The notes below the pieces were generated by a model, which ran no database searches, was not told the origin of the DNA, and worked only from the letters and a program-made list of their open reading frames with translations. A stretch of 63,773 nucleotides of DNA, the filler included, from Klebsormidium nitens (taxonomy: Eukaryota; Plantae; Klebsormidiophyceae): assembly GCA_000708835.1 (NCBI GenBank). It is 8 parts of 8 records of this genome, joined end to end, with 100 filler letters (N's around TTAATTAATTAA, not from the genome) between each part and the next. Parts side by side here need not be neighbours in the genome. Positions count along the whole stretch, not along the records: positions 33,640 to 54,198 come from DF237925.1; positions 54,299 to 57,833 come from DF238570.1; 6 more parts are not named here. One strand, written 5' to 3'. Below are positions 40,201-54,299 of the stretch, piece by piece. The first letter of the stretch is position 1, and every line of letters begins with the position of its first letter. A program made the translations under genes and the position numbers.

Positions 40201-43200
40201 GTCCCACGTGTCACGCAAGGCTTGCGGTGCTTGCTGTGATTGCTGCGGCCGCAGGTGGGGCGCCCTTTTCGCCCATTATGAGTCAGTTCAGAGGGAATGA
40301 CTTTTGCTTAATCTTCGAGATGCTTGACCGGCGGATGCCAAGGATCACGCCTCGGCGATGAGGTACGCAAAGTCTGGGGTCGATTTCAAGAGCCTATTGT
40401 AGCGCAGTACCGGTTGATTTGAATGGACTCAGCCACAGCTCTACTTCCAGTCCCGTTCTTTTCTTATACCCTCTTGAGTAGAAAGACTCCCCTTCCATGA
40501 CGTTCCTCTAACTTCATCTGCTATTGGATGCATCTTGTGGGTCGAAAATTACAGTCTCCGCTTTCGCTTCTTTCTGCATTAGCGCGGACAGGTTGCGGAA
40601 GTCCGCGTTGGGCCGTTTGAAACGAGTGCTGGTCGTCGCCCTGCGGTTTCAAGCGGCCGTTGAAGTTATCGCCCGCGCTCGCCGGTGCATCTTCTGATTA
40701 GGAAGGCACCTTTTGTTTCGAACTCACAAAAGGGCCCCTTCGGTTCGACTACCGTAATGTTCCTTCGAAAGGGTCCTTTGGAATCGTTCAGCTTTGCCGT
40801 TGCTGTGACGGCCGTTTAAATGGTAAGTTGTGAGTGACTGTGATCCGCCAACAGATGAAACGGCACTGGGGCCTCTGTAATGCGCCCGCGATAACATGAC
40901 CCACCCTGCTCCATAAGCATTGCTTAGGAATGAAGCCAGGTCGATTGCGCCAGCCTTCAGAAGACGACTGTGATGCTGCCACAACCGTTTGGGTTGTCAG
41001 AACCTAGATGTGCTTTTGGACTCGAAGCCAGCCTGCTGACCGCCCCCGATCCCAACCATCCTGATCTGGCGGTTGGCTAGATCATGTGGTAAGACAAGCT
41101 GACAAAGGGACGCATTTCGTGCCTTTGCAAAGGAGAGAAATGCCGGAAGTTTCGATAGGTTCCTCCGAGTCTGGCTTCTCTTAAATTTGCAGAGGTTTTT
41201 AGACAACTAACACAGCGGCTGTGACAGTCTTATGGCAGGTCCGCTGGGTTGCGCACGAGTCGATCGCTTCACTCAATTCTGAGCCAGCGCTGACATTGCT
41301 CCGTAGCATCAGTTGTAAACTGGCCAGCTGGCTCACGTTCCGGTCCATCGAAGTTTGTGTTTTGTCCTAGTCTACACTATCTCTTGGTTCCCCGCAAAGG
41401 TTTTGCACGAGTGGACTAGCGTGAATCAAGTGGCTGTGACTCAAAGCTCTTCTCCCACTGGGCATGTATCATACGAGCCCAGAGGGCAGAGCACAATGGT
41501 CTGACGCCTTTCTTGGATGGGAAAAACGATTCTGTGCAGACCCGCTTGACTTTTGCCTACAACGGGTCTGCAGCGAAGATCTTGGAATGGGTACTTCCAC
41601 GGTACTTCCAAACTTTCAGCTACTGAGATTTGAATAGCTCTTGAGCAGACAGAAGCCTGAGAATGGCTCGTGGATTCCCGCGACCGTCGCACCGTGTGGC
41701 GGTAATCCAATGAGTTCTTGCTGCAACATGACATGAAATGCGCCCCATATTTCAACTGGTCTAGTCGTAAAAGAGCCCCTCTAGAAACTGATCCTTGTAT
41801 GAATTTGGAAGCCAATCCTCGACATGAATAGTAGAGGAATGAAGCGATTTTAACTTGTCACAAGATGACGGCTGAGAAGAGACCTATGTCCGGACTGGGC
41901 GGTCCCGCCCAGAAAGCTGAGCTCGGATTTTGGAGCCAAAAGACGTGTTGTGTAGAGTCGCCAAAAGGTTCTTTGCAACCCGGCAGCCCGTTATCAGTGC
42001 GGTCCAAACACGTCCGTCGGGTGAAAAGAGCCCGAGAATTGGCGGGTTGTCAACTAGACGTGCAGCACATTGAAGTGCTGCGGACGGGCATGCCATTTGT
42101 GTGACTTTTTCGAAGTGCGAGAGCCGTCGAGAAATCAAATTTTTGATCGGACGGTTTCGCACCGGCAAAAAAAGTCACGAAAACAACAAGATCGTACGGC
42201 CTGCGACTTGCAGTATAACATATATCGGACGGCCTGCGACCGCCGCGCTGACCGCAAACACGACAAAACCTCGAATACAGCTGTATGCCGGGCGTGTTCA
42301 GATACAAGAAAACGCCGGAAGATGTCGTAAAGCAGATTCCAAATGCCCAGCTATTAAAGCGCCACATACGTAAATTACGGATAATTACGCCCCGGCTATC
42401 CTGCTGATAGGCCCGCGGGCAATTCTACCTACGAGTCGCACTAGTGAGTCGCGCCGTCGTACAGCACAAAAATTCGTATCCACTTCAACGGCTTTCGCCA
42501 TTTTCAATAACGCGAGCGTGCGCGCGGGCGCGGACTGCTACTAGACCCGCCAGTTTACAGGTGTTCTCATCGAAAATGGCATGCCAAAAATTATTACAGA
42601 CCTTCGTGGCCGCAAGAACACCGCCGCTGTCAAAGTTGGGACAAGTGCCGAAGCACAGCCGACATGCGCGCGAGTACCTGGTCCGTTAACCTCACTGCTT
42701 GTCAATTGCCCAATGCCCACCGTCAGACAGATATTTTCTGACTCCTACACGGATTTCGTCTCCAGATTTCTGCGCGGGTCAAAGCTTTGGGCACCTCAAA
42801 AAGACCTTGCTTTTAAATCTACAGCTTCGAGATGCAACTCGCCACGTGCAAGTATTGGGAGCTAGCAGTGCCCCCGCCTTACCCGCCTCTCCGGCCGCGG
42901 CCACGTTGCGCGCGCAGGTCGGCATTCTTTCACCGCTTTTGAACATTGCCCTTGTATGCTGTTCGTATCAGAAAAGAGGCGATGATCAATTACCCGACTC
43001 TCGGTTCTCGCAGTTGTTACAATTACGCGAGAGCCAGGGCAGAAAGAATTAGAGAAGCTTCTCGTTCGTGCGCCTCCTCGAGGAAGTTTTGCGATGCCGA
43101 AGACTTTGGCTGAAGGCGCGTGCCGAGATGGCGTGCAGTACGGATCAAACTCGTAAGCCAATTCGGCTGACAACGATGCCGCTTTATCATAGTCAAGACT

Positions 43201-46200
43201 CGCCAGTCGGAAAATCTTACGGTGCAATGGACTGATTGGTCGCCGTCGTAATTGGTGTCAATCTATCCGTGGTTTCTCTGTGCTTTTCATCACATATACT
43301 GTGTGAACATCTTCTCGAATATGATCATTGTTTCACATTACGCTTGCCCCCGGCGCGCCTATTCGACCGCGTCTGGTCCGAAGTTAGCGGCGACCGCACC
43401 GCTTATTATTCTGGGCGGCAGTCGATCACGGATTTACACGAATGACCTCTACAAGAATGTTCTCGAACAGCCTGAGGGATTGATGCGAAGGCTCGGACTT
43501 TGAGGACACGGCTTGCGTCCTTACTTGTCCTCTTTTAGCAGAGTTGTTGATCCTACACAAGGCTCGGAGCTAGAATTCTATGCTTCTGAACCTGCGCGCA
43601 AAGGCAATACTAGAGTAAAAGCTGGATTCCACTCTGAACGTTTTCGACCTAACTTGAATGCATCGCAGACTGGCGCTGCAACATGTTGACCCTATATTTA
43701 ACGGGCCCGAGGTGGGCGAGTCGCCGTCAACAAAACAACCTTTTTCCAAGCCAGCGCGGTTGAGCACCTCCTTAGTGGGCACCCACACTCATGAAGGTCG
43801 GGTGCTGCTTTCATCGAGTTCGATTGATATTGCAGATTCCTAACGTAAATGGGTCGTTCGTTTTAACGGAGCTCCTGCAGGGCTTAAGACCTAGTTAGTG
43901 GCTGTGATTCTTGACGGCACCTTTCCATACTGGGCACGTATATTGCACGAGTCCAGCAAAGAATGACCTGACGCCAATCTTTGAGGGGACAGTGGTGGTA
44001 CCATGGGACCCACCTGTTTGCATACGACGGACTTGCATGTTTGTACCTAACAAGTGATCTACGGGTACCCCAAAATCATCACCTCTCAAATGTACGGTCA
44101 CTGGGCAGTTAACAGCTGACAGAATGGCATATGCAGTACCAACCTTACCGTCTGGCGCTAAGCCGAAGTATCGCCTCAATACTGGGGGCCCACGTCCTTT
44201 GTTGCGTCAGTGCATGAAAGCTCTTACGAACAGGTGATTGCGTACACGACTTGGAATCAAAAAAAATCAAACAGTTCGAAATTGTATGTGTCAGCGGCTA
44301 ACACGACAGTCCCATGTCCGGGTCGGGCTGCCCCGCCCACGCTTGAATTTTCTGCTTCTGAGCCATGGAATACGGCTGACGCATTCGTTTCCTGAAAATT
44401 CCCTGCGATTCGTCCGGTCTTTAACCCTCCCAATGAGTGCGTTTCAAGACTCCACCTACATCCTTTGTTTGACGAGCGCTCAGTGGTTTGGCGGTTTGAC
44501 AAGCTGTCCTTTCCAGGATTTTTTCTTCGGATTCAATCCACGCAGTTACTCACAGGCGATTCATGAACCTGAGTGAATACTCAGCTTCGAGTAATGGGAT
44601 ATTATAAGAGCGCTGTACTGGCAAGCGTCGTCTTTAGGTCATCACGCCGTTTAAGATTTGCCATTTCGAAAGCAATTTGATTTCCTCTCTGCGACTGGTC
44701 TTCTTCCGCGAGACCCCGGCCCGATTCACGTGCACCGAGCTGGCTGCAACGCCAGCGCCATGGCCGCGTTTCGCTGTTCGGCGTTCTTTTCAAAGAACGT
44801 TAGTATTGCTCGAATGCATGCTGTTATTTTTGCGAGACAGGCGATGATTGCGTTTCCAACTCTCGGTTCTGGCGGTCCATTCGATTAGCCGAGAGCCGTG
44901 GTTAGAAAGAAACGGAAAAGCTACGTTTCTGTGCGCCTCCTCGGGGAGAGAAGGCGAGTGGCGTGATGCGCGTGCAGTACGTCGAACCAACTTGAAATTT
45001 GTTAATATGGGCTGTCAACATCGCCGTCAATTCACTTGTTCCACTCAAGTCTCGATAATCCCTAACCGTTCAAATATTAAATGGGGGCGTGGATTAGTGT
45101 GGATCTATAAGAGGCTTCTCTGATTGAGTGCTTGAGTGCTTAACACAGTAGGTATCTTATCGCTTTTCACGTGTCGTAATATCAAAGATCCTGTTCCAAG
45201 GACGGCCCACGAACCTTAATTTCGTAGTCGACACAAGATGAACTGGCCGGCCGGGCTTGACTCCATGAGCAAAATTTTGGATGCCACGACAAAGACGCGT
45301 TACTCATGAGAACAGCGAGGAGATACAGATCGAAGAACTTCGAATGACATGAAAAGCCCGGGACTCTAGATTGACGAAGCAGATTGACGAAATTGGATTT
45401 AGTGGCCGTGATCATTGGATTGAGGATAGCCTCATGCACCTCATAAACATTCTTTTATGCTAAGGAGCCCTCGGAGTCCCCTCGGAGTCATTGCGAGAAA
45501 GGAGTGCTCGGTCGACAATCTTAAATGAGACTAATTGGAGCGTTTACCTGTGTCTGTTAGTTCAATTGTCTATTAAGTCCTCATCGAGCTGAGCAGCGTC
45601 AAGCCCGACCGAGCTCTTTGTTCGACACGCAGTGGGCAAGTTGCAGCGCGACAATGGATAGAAATCTTGATTACTCCTCCGGACGCAGCCATATTTAGGC
45701 GACGCTTGACGCCGTGCTTTTGACATCGATCCTTTTAGCCCCGTACTTCGCTCCTGGGCGGCTGTTAACCGTTTCCACGTACAATCACCGTTTGAATATG
45801 ACCTCCTTTTCATGTCCATTGTATGTCTTTTGTATTTCAATCAACAGTGGCGATGATTAATCAGCTGATTGGGAAATAGACGCCCAGTCTGTGATGCGCA
45901 TTTGTTGTACGATGAAGCCACCGCGCTTCAAGGCGGCGCATGTAGCCTTTCACAAGCTTTTTCTATTTTGTGCGCCGTGTAAGAGGACTTTCGGACTGGC
46001 TTGGATTAACCACAAGACAGTCCAAGCAGTAATCTGCAACACGACTAAATATTTTCTCCATTGTACTAGCGTTTGTCCAAGCTTCATACTTGCCAAAAAC
46101 GAAACGGTGAGTCGGGGCGCCAGAATGTCCCGCAGACAGCTGCTGAAGTCATCTGCCCGTCGCAAACTGCGACGAACTCGCGACTCGCAAGCAGCCGTTA

Positions 46201-49200
46201 ATTGCTGAGGGCCCTTCCCCGGATTCCGCAGATGTCGATCCGATCGAAGCGGGCCGGTCCCCGGTTCCGGTCATCAGTTCCGTTCCTTTCCTGAGGAGGG
46301 GATGTAAATCATTTCGTTGCCATTGTGGGAACCTGAGCCCAAATGACCGAAGGAAGATTGAAACTTTCAAGGGCCGCGCCCTATTCCTTATAAGTCAAGC
46401 GCAACCGCCTGCGGTTCACAGTCGCAGCAGCTCGTCAGACGAACCGAGTCGGTACGAAGCTAGAGCAGTCTGCAAACCTCAAACCACTCAAGAAGGACAA
46501 ACTTCAATTCAAGGAGACAAGCGCAGCGCCCTGCACCTCGGTAGGGATATGGCTGACCCATCGCTTCGCGCGCGCCAAACGGAAGCGGATAGAACCCGCT
46601 TGAAGCAGGAGCGGGAAGGCGCCATTTTGAAAGCCGTAAAGACCGGGGCCCCCGGTAGTAGGTCAGCTTAAAAGTTCAGCAGTTATTAATTGCAACCAGA
46701 GCTTCATAGTTGCATATGTAGTTGGAAGGACTGTTGGAAGGACTCACTGCGCCGCCTGCCGCTGCCGTAGGCGCAGTCGGTACTGCGACAAACTCCATCG
46801 ACATCCACCCTAAAAAAGGATGGACCTATGGTCACTGTGCCGAAGTGCCAGCAATGATCCATTGACTGGTTTGAAAACGTCCAAGTCTGCCCGATGGAGT
46901 CTATTGAGCTGGCACCGCGCAAATAGCGGAAGGGAATTTTTGCCATCATCAGAGGATATAAAATCTGTCTTAAATGGCGTTTTATCACGTGGGCTTTCTG
47001 GGGTCTTTACCTTAACCCCAACAATGAGTTTCTGGATGATAATGAATGCACGAGGGATGCTTAATCAACATTCCGACTCGAGAGTGGGCATGATGCAATG
47101 AATTTTCGGGTTACCATTATGCTTCCTTATACGCGTTAAGGTACATTCTTGAAGCCAGATCTCGAATTCGAATGGCTCTTGATACACCAAACCACGCGTC
47201 TCGATTGATATTGAGTGCATAATGCTGTGCAGAAGTGGCATCTTTAACAGGGAAAACGACAGAGATGTGCTAACCTGTCAGTCTGCGCTCAAACGCGACA
47301 ACTCGGATGCAAAAAGTGCTTTCTTAGTCGGGCCTGCGGAAGTGCCACTTGTTGGTTGCATGTATAGCTTAATAAAACGCGTTTCCATTACTGAAAGCCG
47401 TCAAAAATCCCAAAATTTGTAACTCTCAATTCGCCGGGGGTAATGTCAAAGAACCCAGAGCAGTTCATGGATCTAGCTAGAGGAAGAACTGACGCCTGTG
47501 AAGTAGTCGAACATTTTTGCTTCATCTAATGAAGGTTTGTTTCCTGGCCGCAGAAACGGTCTTTCTACCCCTTTTTGCTCGCACTGTCTTTGTCTTCTTT
47601 CAGTAGATGTTTTAAGGACGTCGGATGGCTCTGATGCTGCTTAACATGTTGGGATAGCCTCAAGGACCCAGGACCGAACTCCAAACGTCTGAAGCCAGTA
47701 CTAGACGCACAGGAGTCAAGAACTCGGTTTGCTTTCTTAAGCCGCTTAAGTTGGACAGCTACATACAGAGACCCGGAAAAAGCGCTCCGACTTCAAGTGC
47801 CACAGCGACTCTAACGCGCGGCCGCCCGCGGCCGCGCCACTATGGTTCGCCTCCTTATACTGTGTTCACGTAAACCAGTCAGCTTGCGCCGGCCGACAAG
47901 CCGCCTATCAAGTTTCTCAAGCTTTGACTCGGAAGGGCTCCCGAGAAGCGTGCTTCTTGTTTTTCCAGCGATTCCACCAATTCCTTGTCAGCCGTAAACC
48001 GGTGATCTACGAATCCAACTAGATGATTTCAAGGAGCCAAACTGAGCGACTTGGGTCAAGAGTCGGGTTTTATGAAGTTTCAGGCTCCTCCAATTTGGCT
48101 GTGACATATGGAGCGCTGAGATCGCCTTCAGGCGACCTCACAAAATCTAGGGTGATCGTAACGAGCCAAATTTGGTACGACGTAGACAGTAGGTTGCTTT
48201 TGGTGGGTCAACCCATTTTTAGTGCGTTAGCTATCTAGAGGCTTTTTCGGGCAGTCGAAAAATTTGCCTGCCATTTTCGGATGCTTGGAAGTGCAAAATC
48301 CTCCCCCGCGGTCAATTTGCAGCGCTTCCGTCTACTTTCGAAGCTTTCTTACGAAGGTTCTGCTTCTCAGGTTAGCCGTTTGTGAGAGAGGAAATGGTCT
48401 TCGGCACGGGTTCTAAGTTGCGCGCATGGAACGTCAGAGTAAAGGTGGTGGAGACTCTGGCCGAGGTGTGATGCAAAACGTCTCCCTCCTATTCAAATCC
48501 TCAAACGTATCCTCGAAGGCAATTGCTCCACATGTCCAGAGGTCGCGCTGTTTCTCCGACTATAACGATCGAAGAAGGTTTTCTGATCTGTGATTCTGTC
48601 AAACGCTTCGACTGTTGAGCGGCTGTGATGTTCGCCGGTCGTATTGGGGACCATCCGGTCCCACTTATGTTTTGCCGCAACCTTCAGACAAGCCGTTGAC
48701 CGCTTTGCTTCCAATAAGGACAACGCACATTCCGCATTTAAATCTTTGCATGAGCTACCACACAAGAATTTCGGAGCCCGTGATCCATGAAGCTGCGGCT
48801 GATGCGGCCGTCACAAAAGCATCATCCATCTCGACGGTGCGGATTTGCTGCGTGCGCGCCGTTACACGTGTGTTCAGCGTCAGGCCTTCTCGTGCTTGCT
48901 GCGTCTTAGATGGGCACCCTTCTCCTCTCTTTCATTAGCCATGCAAAGGAGAAACTTATTCGTTCATTTTCGTCCATTTTTTCAGAGACCGTTAATTCCA
49001 AACGAAGCACTGAGCAGCTGTGATGTGAAAGCTTGGGTTTACTTCCGAGCACCCACTGTAAGCCTTTTTACCGTGAATGAGCTGCGAGGTTTGCTGGAGC
49101 ACATATAAGCGCGCCTGTTAATTTGTAGAAGAATACAATTGACATCCGACAAAAGGTGATCGGTCCGGTGCCAAATGGGAGAAATTGACCTCGGCAGATC

Positions 49201-52200
49201 CGAATCGAAGTGAACGTTTACCGTGGGCGAGTCGCCGTCAACAAATCTACCTCCTGACAATCCAATGCGGCTGATCACCTCCTTAGTGGGCGATCAAAAT
49301 CATAAAGGTGGGGTGCTGGTTTAAATGACGTTCGATTGAAGATTGCAGATTCCTGACGTAGTTGAGTCGTCCGTTTATCACGGAGCTCTTGCATGGACTT
49401 GGTCTTAATTGGCTGTGATTCGATCTTGACGGCGCAATCTCATATTGGGCGCGTATATAGCATGAGCCCAAGAAATGAAGCCTAATCTGACGCCAATCTT
49501 GAGAGAGGAGAGATTTTACCAAGGAACCCACTTGTTTGCGTACGACGGAATTGCATGTTTGTGCCGAAGAAGTAATCTACGAGTGCACCAGATTCTGCAG
49601 GAGTGCAAATTCGGTCACGGGCAGCTAGCAGCCTAAAGAAATGGCATGTGCTGTACAACCTTCTGTGCGGCGCTAAGCCGAAGGTTCCCAGAAGAAGATA
49701 GGCCCCCCTATGATCGCGTCAGTGCATTAAACCCCTCACAAACAGGTACTAGACCTGGAATTACATACGAAGACGTGGAAGTGAATTTGGAGACCCTGAA
49801 TATCATTTGAGTGCCGCTTAGACGGCATCCCCATGTCCAGTCTGGGCTGCCCCGCCCAGTATGCTTCTCAGAGCCATGGATTTTTGATGACGCGCGCATG
49901 ACGTTCTGTATATTCTCTGCATTTCGGCCATAACCACCCCACTTTGAGTGCGTATTAAGAGTCCACCCACATCTGTTGTTTGACAAACGCTCAGCAATCT
50001 GGCCGGTCGACAAGCTGTCTTCGGATCTAATCAACGCAGCTCATTGGCGAGCGTCATCAAGACGATGCAAAACGCAGCTTTCATAAGTAAAAGGATGTTG
50101 TAAGACCCATATGCAAGCTTCGTCTTTGGGCCACTACGCTGGTTATAAATTATCCCTTCGAAATAACATGATCTCCTGTCTGCAACTGGTCTCCTCACGC
50201 TATTCCTCCTGGGCGTTCGCAGGATCAGGTAGGGCCAATTCCGGCACTCATAGTTTTGGCTCCCTAGCGGCATGGTAAAAAGAAAAGTTTTTGGCGTTCT
50301 TGGTTGNNNNNNNNNNNNNNNNNNNNNNNNNNNNNNNNNNNNNNNNNNNNNNNNNNNNNNNNNNNNNNNNNNNNNNNNNNNNNNNNNNNNNNNNNNNNNN
50401 NNNNNNNNNNNNNNNNNNNNNNNNNNNNNNNNNNNNNNNNNNNNNNNNNNNNNNNNNNNNNNNNNNNNNNNNNNNNNNNNNNNNNNNNNNNNNNNNNNNN
50501 NNNNNNNNNNNNNNNNNNNNNNNNNNNNNNNNNNNNNNNNNNNNNNNNNNNNNNNNNNNNNNNNNNNNNNNNNNNNNNNNNNNNNNNNNNNNNNNNNNNN
50601 NNNNNNNNNNNNNNNNNNNNNNNNNNNNNNNNNNNNNNNNNNNNNNNNNNNNNNNNNNNNNNNNNNNNNNNNNNNNNNNNNNNNNNNNNNNNNNNNNNNN
50701 NNNNNNNNNNNNNNNNNNNNNNNNNNNNNNNNNNNNNNNNNNNNNNNNNNNNNNNNNNNNNNNNNNNNNNNNNNNNNNNNNNNNNNNNNNNNNNNNNNNN
50801 NNNNNNNNNNNNNNNNNNNNNNNNNNNNNNNNNNNNNNNNNNNNNNNNNNNNNNNNNNNNNNNNNNNNNCTAAACCGAGCTGGCAGTGCCCTTGCCGCTG
50901 CGGCCGCAAGTCGCACGCGGTCCGCATGCTTTTGCTGGTCTGCCGTATGTTCTAAAAGCTCTTCTTATCGCGAGAGAGGCGATGATCGCTCCCCCACCTC
51001 TCGGTTCTGGCGGTCATTCCGAAAGGCCGAGAACAGGCGGAGAATGTGGAGAAGCTTTTTTTGGCGCGCGCCTTTTCGAGAAAGAACCGCGGTGCGGGAG
51101 ACTCCGGCCAGAGGCGCGCGCGCGTGACGGGATGCGCGTGCAGAATGGACCAAGTTGAGTTCTGAGATCGATCCCCAACGTTGCCGCCTTTCGTTTCTCA
51201 AGCATTGCCAATAGCCACCGTGCAACTGTAAAGTGGGCGTTGAGGCTATTGTCGCTCTGAGGCTGCTTCAAACGCTTGCGCCTTTCAAGCGGTACCTTTC
51301 AGGAGCGCTTCACTTGCCAAGATAGAAACTGGAAGAGACATGGTGATGATGTTCAGCCGCCGCGGCGATAGCAGCCAGTCGGCCGACTAGCCGCGACCGC
51401 GCTCTTGAGAATCTGCGAAGCGTTTGGAGACTGGTCTTACTAGAGACGTGGTGAGTGAAACGCTTGACCATGAATCGTCTTATATCCAATTAGCCTCCGG
51501 AGTCGGCCGTGAAAACTCTGACTATACACTGAGGACGTGCTTGAGTCCCTACTTGTACTTTCGCAAGAGATTTGCTTATCGACAAGCCGTCCGGATCCAG
51601 GAGTTTTTATGACAGCGCAGAAAGATTGGATGACAGATTGCAAAGGAAAGCGCGTTACTGGGGCTCCCTTGCTCGCACTAGCTTCTTCAGGTCCTGTATC
51701 TAATTACGCCGCTGTGCTTACAGCCGCGACGATGCTATTGGCGGCGGAGTCGAAATATTAGCGTAGCCAAGACCTGCACATGCCTTTGCGAACATGCGTA
51801 CACCGGCCAGCGGGCCGCCCTTAAAGTGCAGTACGTACTGCTGATCCGTCCCCAATCTGTTCAGACTGTGCCTTTCTGCTGTTTATGATATCGCAATTCG
51901 ACCGAGACTTTTGAGAAGGCGCGTCAAGAATTGGTATCAAGAATTTATATGCTACAAGCGACATGCGTTTCGTGAGTCAGATGTTGCACCAGGATTCTCT
52001 GCGAAGCGTTGAAGGTGCGTTTCATTATGATACGTCCAGGCTGGCCTCAGTACGCTGGCCTCCGCGTACTGCAAAAAATACGGCCAATGAAGATATCTTT
52101 TCCTGCTACGATCCGCCTGAGCATTGGCAGATCAGGGTGACGACGACCGGCCGATGAAGAGCTTTACCTCGTTTAAACCCTACTTGTTATTACGGACTGA

Positions 52201-53400
52201 ATCTGGCACTTTCAGGAGCCCAATGGCAGGCAAGCTGACTCGTCTTTTTATAAGGCGTTTCAGCTGCTCAAATAAAATAACCAGTGCAAAGCAAATCGGG
52301 CTGACAGAATTGCTTCCATGCATGTCGCCTTCTGTCGGGTTTCAAGACCGCAACCTTTTGTTGCACTCCGCGAAGGATGGCGATGATACTTCAGGTTTTC
52401 TCTCGAGGTCGGGAGATCGATCGTGACTGCACAAGCCATGAAGCCGCCTCTCCTTTTCCGGTCATGTCTCGTCGAGTGGCATGCCGCCTTCGATTTCCGG
52501 CGTTTAAGGTAGTTTCTCACGCTCAATGCTCAAAACGGCGTGCCCAGGCCGAAATCCTTCTTACATAAATTGAGAACTATGTAAAAGCATCCGGCTGAAT
52601 CACAAGATTTGTCCTTGTACGACTCCGACACACTTCTGCATTGCCAGTAGGCATTTTTGTTGGAGGCTCACCTACCATCTTACCAGATTGACCGAATGAG
52701 TGCAACTTTTGTTAAACAATGGGGTTCTGGACGGTTTCTTACAACGCGTTTAGCCCTGGCTGGGATGCATAGGACTTCGTAGGTATTCGAAGTTTCCTCT
52801 CGGGTATCGACTCTCCTGAAGCCACAGATTGAGCGGGCTGAATAACCATTTGGTCTTCGTAGTGCTCCAGGATGAACTCGGGAACATAATCCGAGTGGAA
52901 GAATCTGCGACCAACATTGACGTCAGCCAGAATGAACGGGCAGGATTGTATACGACGCCCTTAAGCCATTGGAGCTCCTCTGCCGTCTTTCGGCTAGATG
53001 GTCCAACGTGAATCCAGCGTACTTGTTTCTTGAAGTGTCTAATAAGCTTCCACCTTTCTCATGTGCGGCTGACCCGGCTCCCTACGAAACCCCGGTGGCC
53101 CGCCGGTGCACGTATATTGGGCCATGCATGTTATAACATCGTGCACGTGCTGCCGCCGCCGCGGCCGCGCATTGCGGCCCGCCCTTTTTTCACAGGTCTT
53201 TGACTTTTTGGCTTCCAAATGCTGTTTCTGGTGGTCCGTCCGCCTGTTGTACTGCCCGTTTGCTGGTATATGGTATTCTCGAGTGGCGGGGTGAAAACGA
53301 AAAACACAAAAACGCTGTTTGAGATCGTGAGAGGGGCGATGATCGTTTCTCCAAGCGTGGATTCTGGCGCCCAAGACGCCAGTAATGCTTACAGGTTGGA
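37300..53400. repeat. Decayed multi-copy repeat or pseudogene field
   Basis: Diverged duplicate pairs 38654-38820/40537-40703, 37320-37390/40368-40438 and 43711-44560/49223-50030; AGGCGATGAT...TTCT(G/C)GC block at about 42976, 44838, 50977 and 53335; no long ORFs. Confidence 0.65.
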
Positions 53401-54299
53401 GAAGCTGCTTTGTAGCGGTACTTCGCGAACTGGGGAAAGTTGAGATGCAGGAACTTTTGGCAGAACGCGAAGTGGCCAAGTTGCACGCAACCTGACAGAT
53501 TGAAGATTCCAGATTGACAACTGTCCCATCACCGACATGGTCAATTTTATACTTTATCCTCGTCCGTCGGCAGCAGTCAAAAGGGGCATTCACGTCTTCT
53601 TTCTCTTTAGTTGAAGCCTCTCCTTGCATGCTTTCTGCTTTCACGCGTTTCCGCGCGCGCGCATGGCTTACTTCAAGAGGACCACGCCGCTCAGCCGCCT
53701 TCGCATTTCTGGAGCCGGGCGCTTCAGATTCACATTCAAATTTGGAACTTTGAGTCGGGCAAACGACAGGAAGCGTTCTGTTCCAGAACGAGTCACCCGT
53801 TACTTACACAGTATGCAAGCTGTCTCAAACGAGCCAGTGACCTCGATCGAGTGCAATGTGTATACAAGGCGCCTTCTGAAGTGGCTGTGAAGCTTTGAGA
53901 CTTTGAGAGCGCGCTTGCGACCTCAGAGGGGTCAGGATCAAGAAACTGCTGAGAGCATCCAGAGCCAAGAGAGTTGTAAAAATTAACACGTCCGAGAATT
54001 CTTGTTTACTTTGCAGATGGCCCTTGACTGGCCGCACGGTAACGCTGCAAGCGATGGTCGTCCGGCGGGAATGTGGTCTCGCTCTTCTCTTCCCAAAAGC
54101 GTACCGCTGAGCCCAAGATTTTTAATTCTTCATTACCTTCGACGTTTTTCTCATCAGCCTCAGTCTATCCGCTATCCACGGGTGGCCAAGATATGCCCNN
54201 NNNNNNNNNNNNNNNNNNNNNNNNNNNNNNNNNNNNNNNNNNTTAATTAATTAANNNNNNNNNNNNNNNNNNNNNNNNNNNNNNNNNNNNNNNNNNNNT

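Noticed and set aside
33640-54198. Numerous 60-140-aa ORFs as genes
   Set aside because: No recognisable domains, frequent stops, and they overlap decayed repeats
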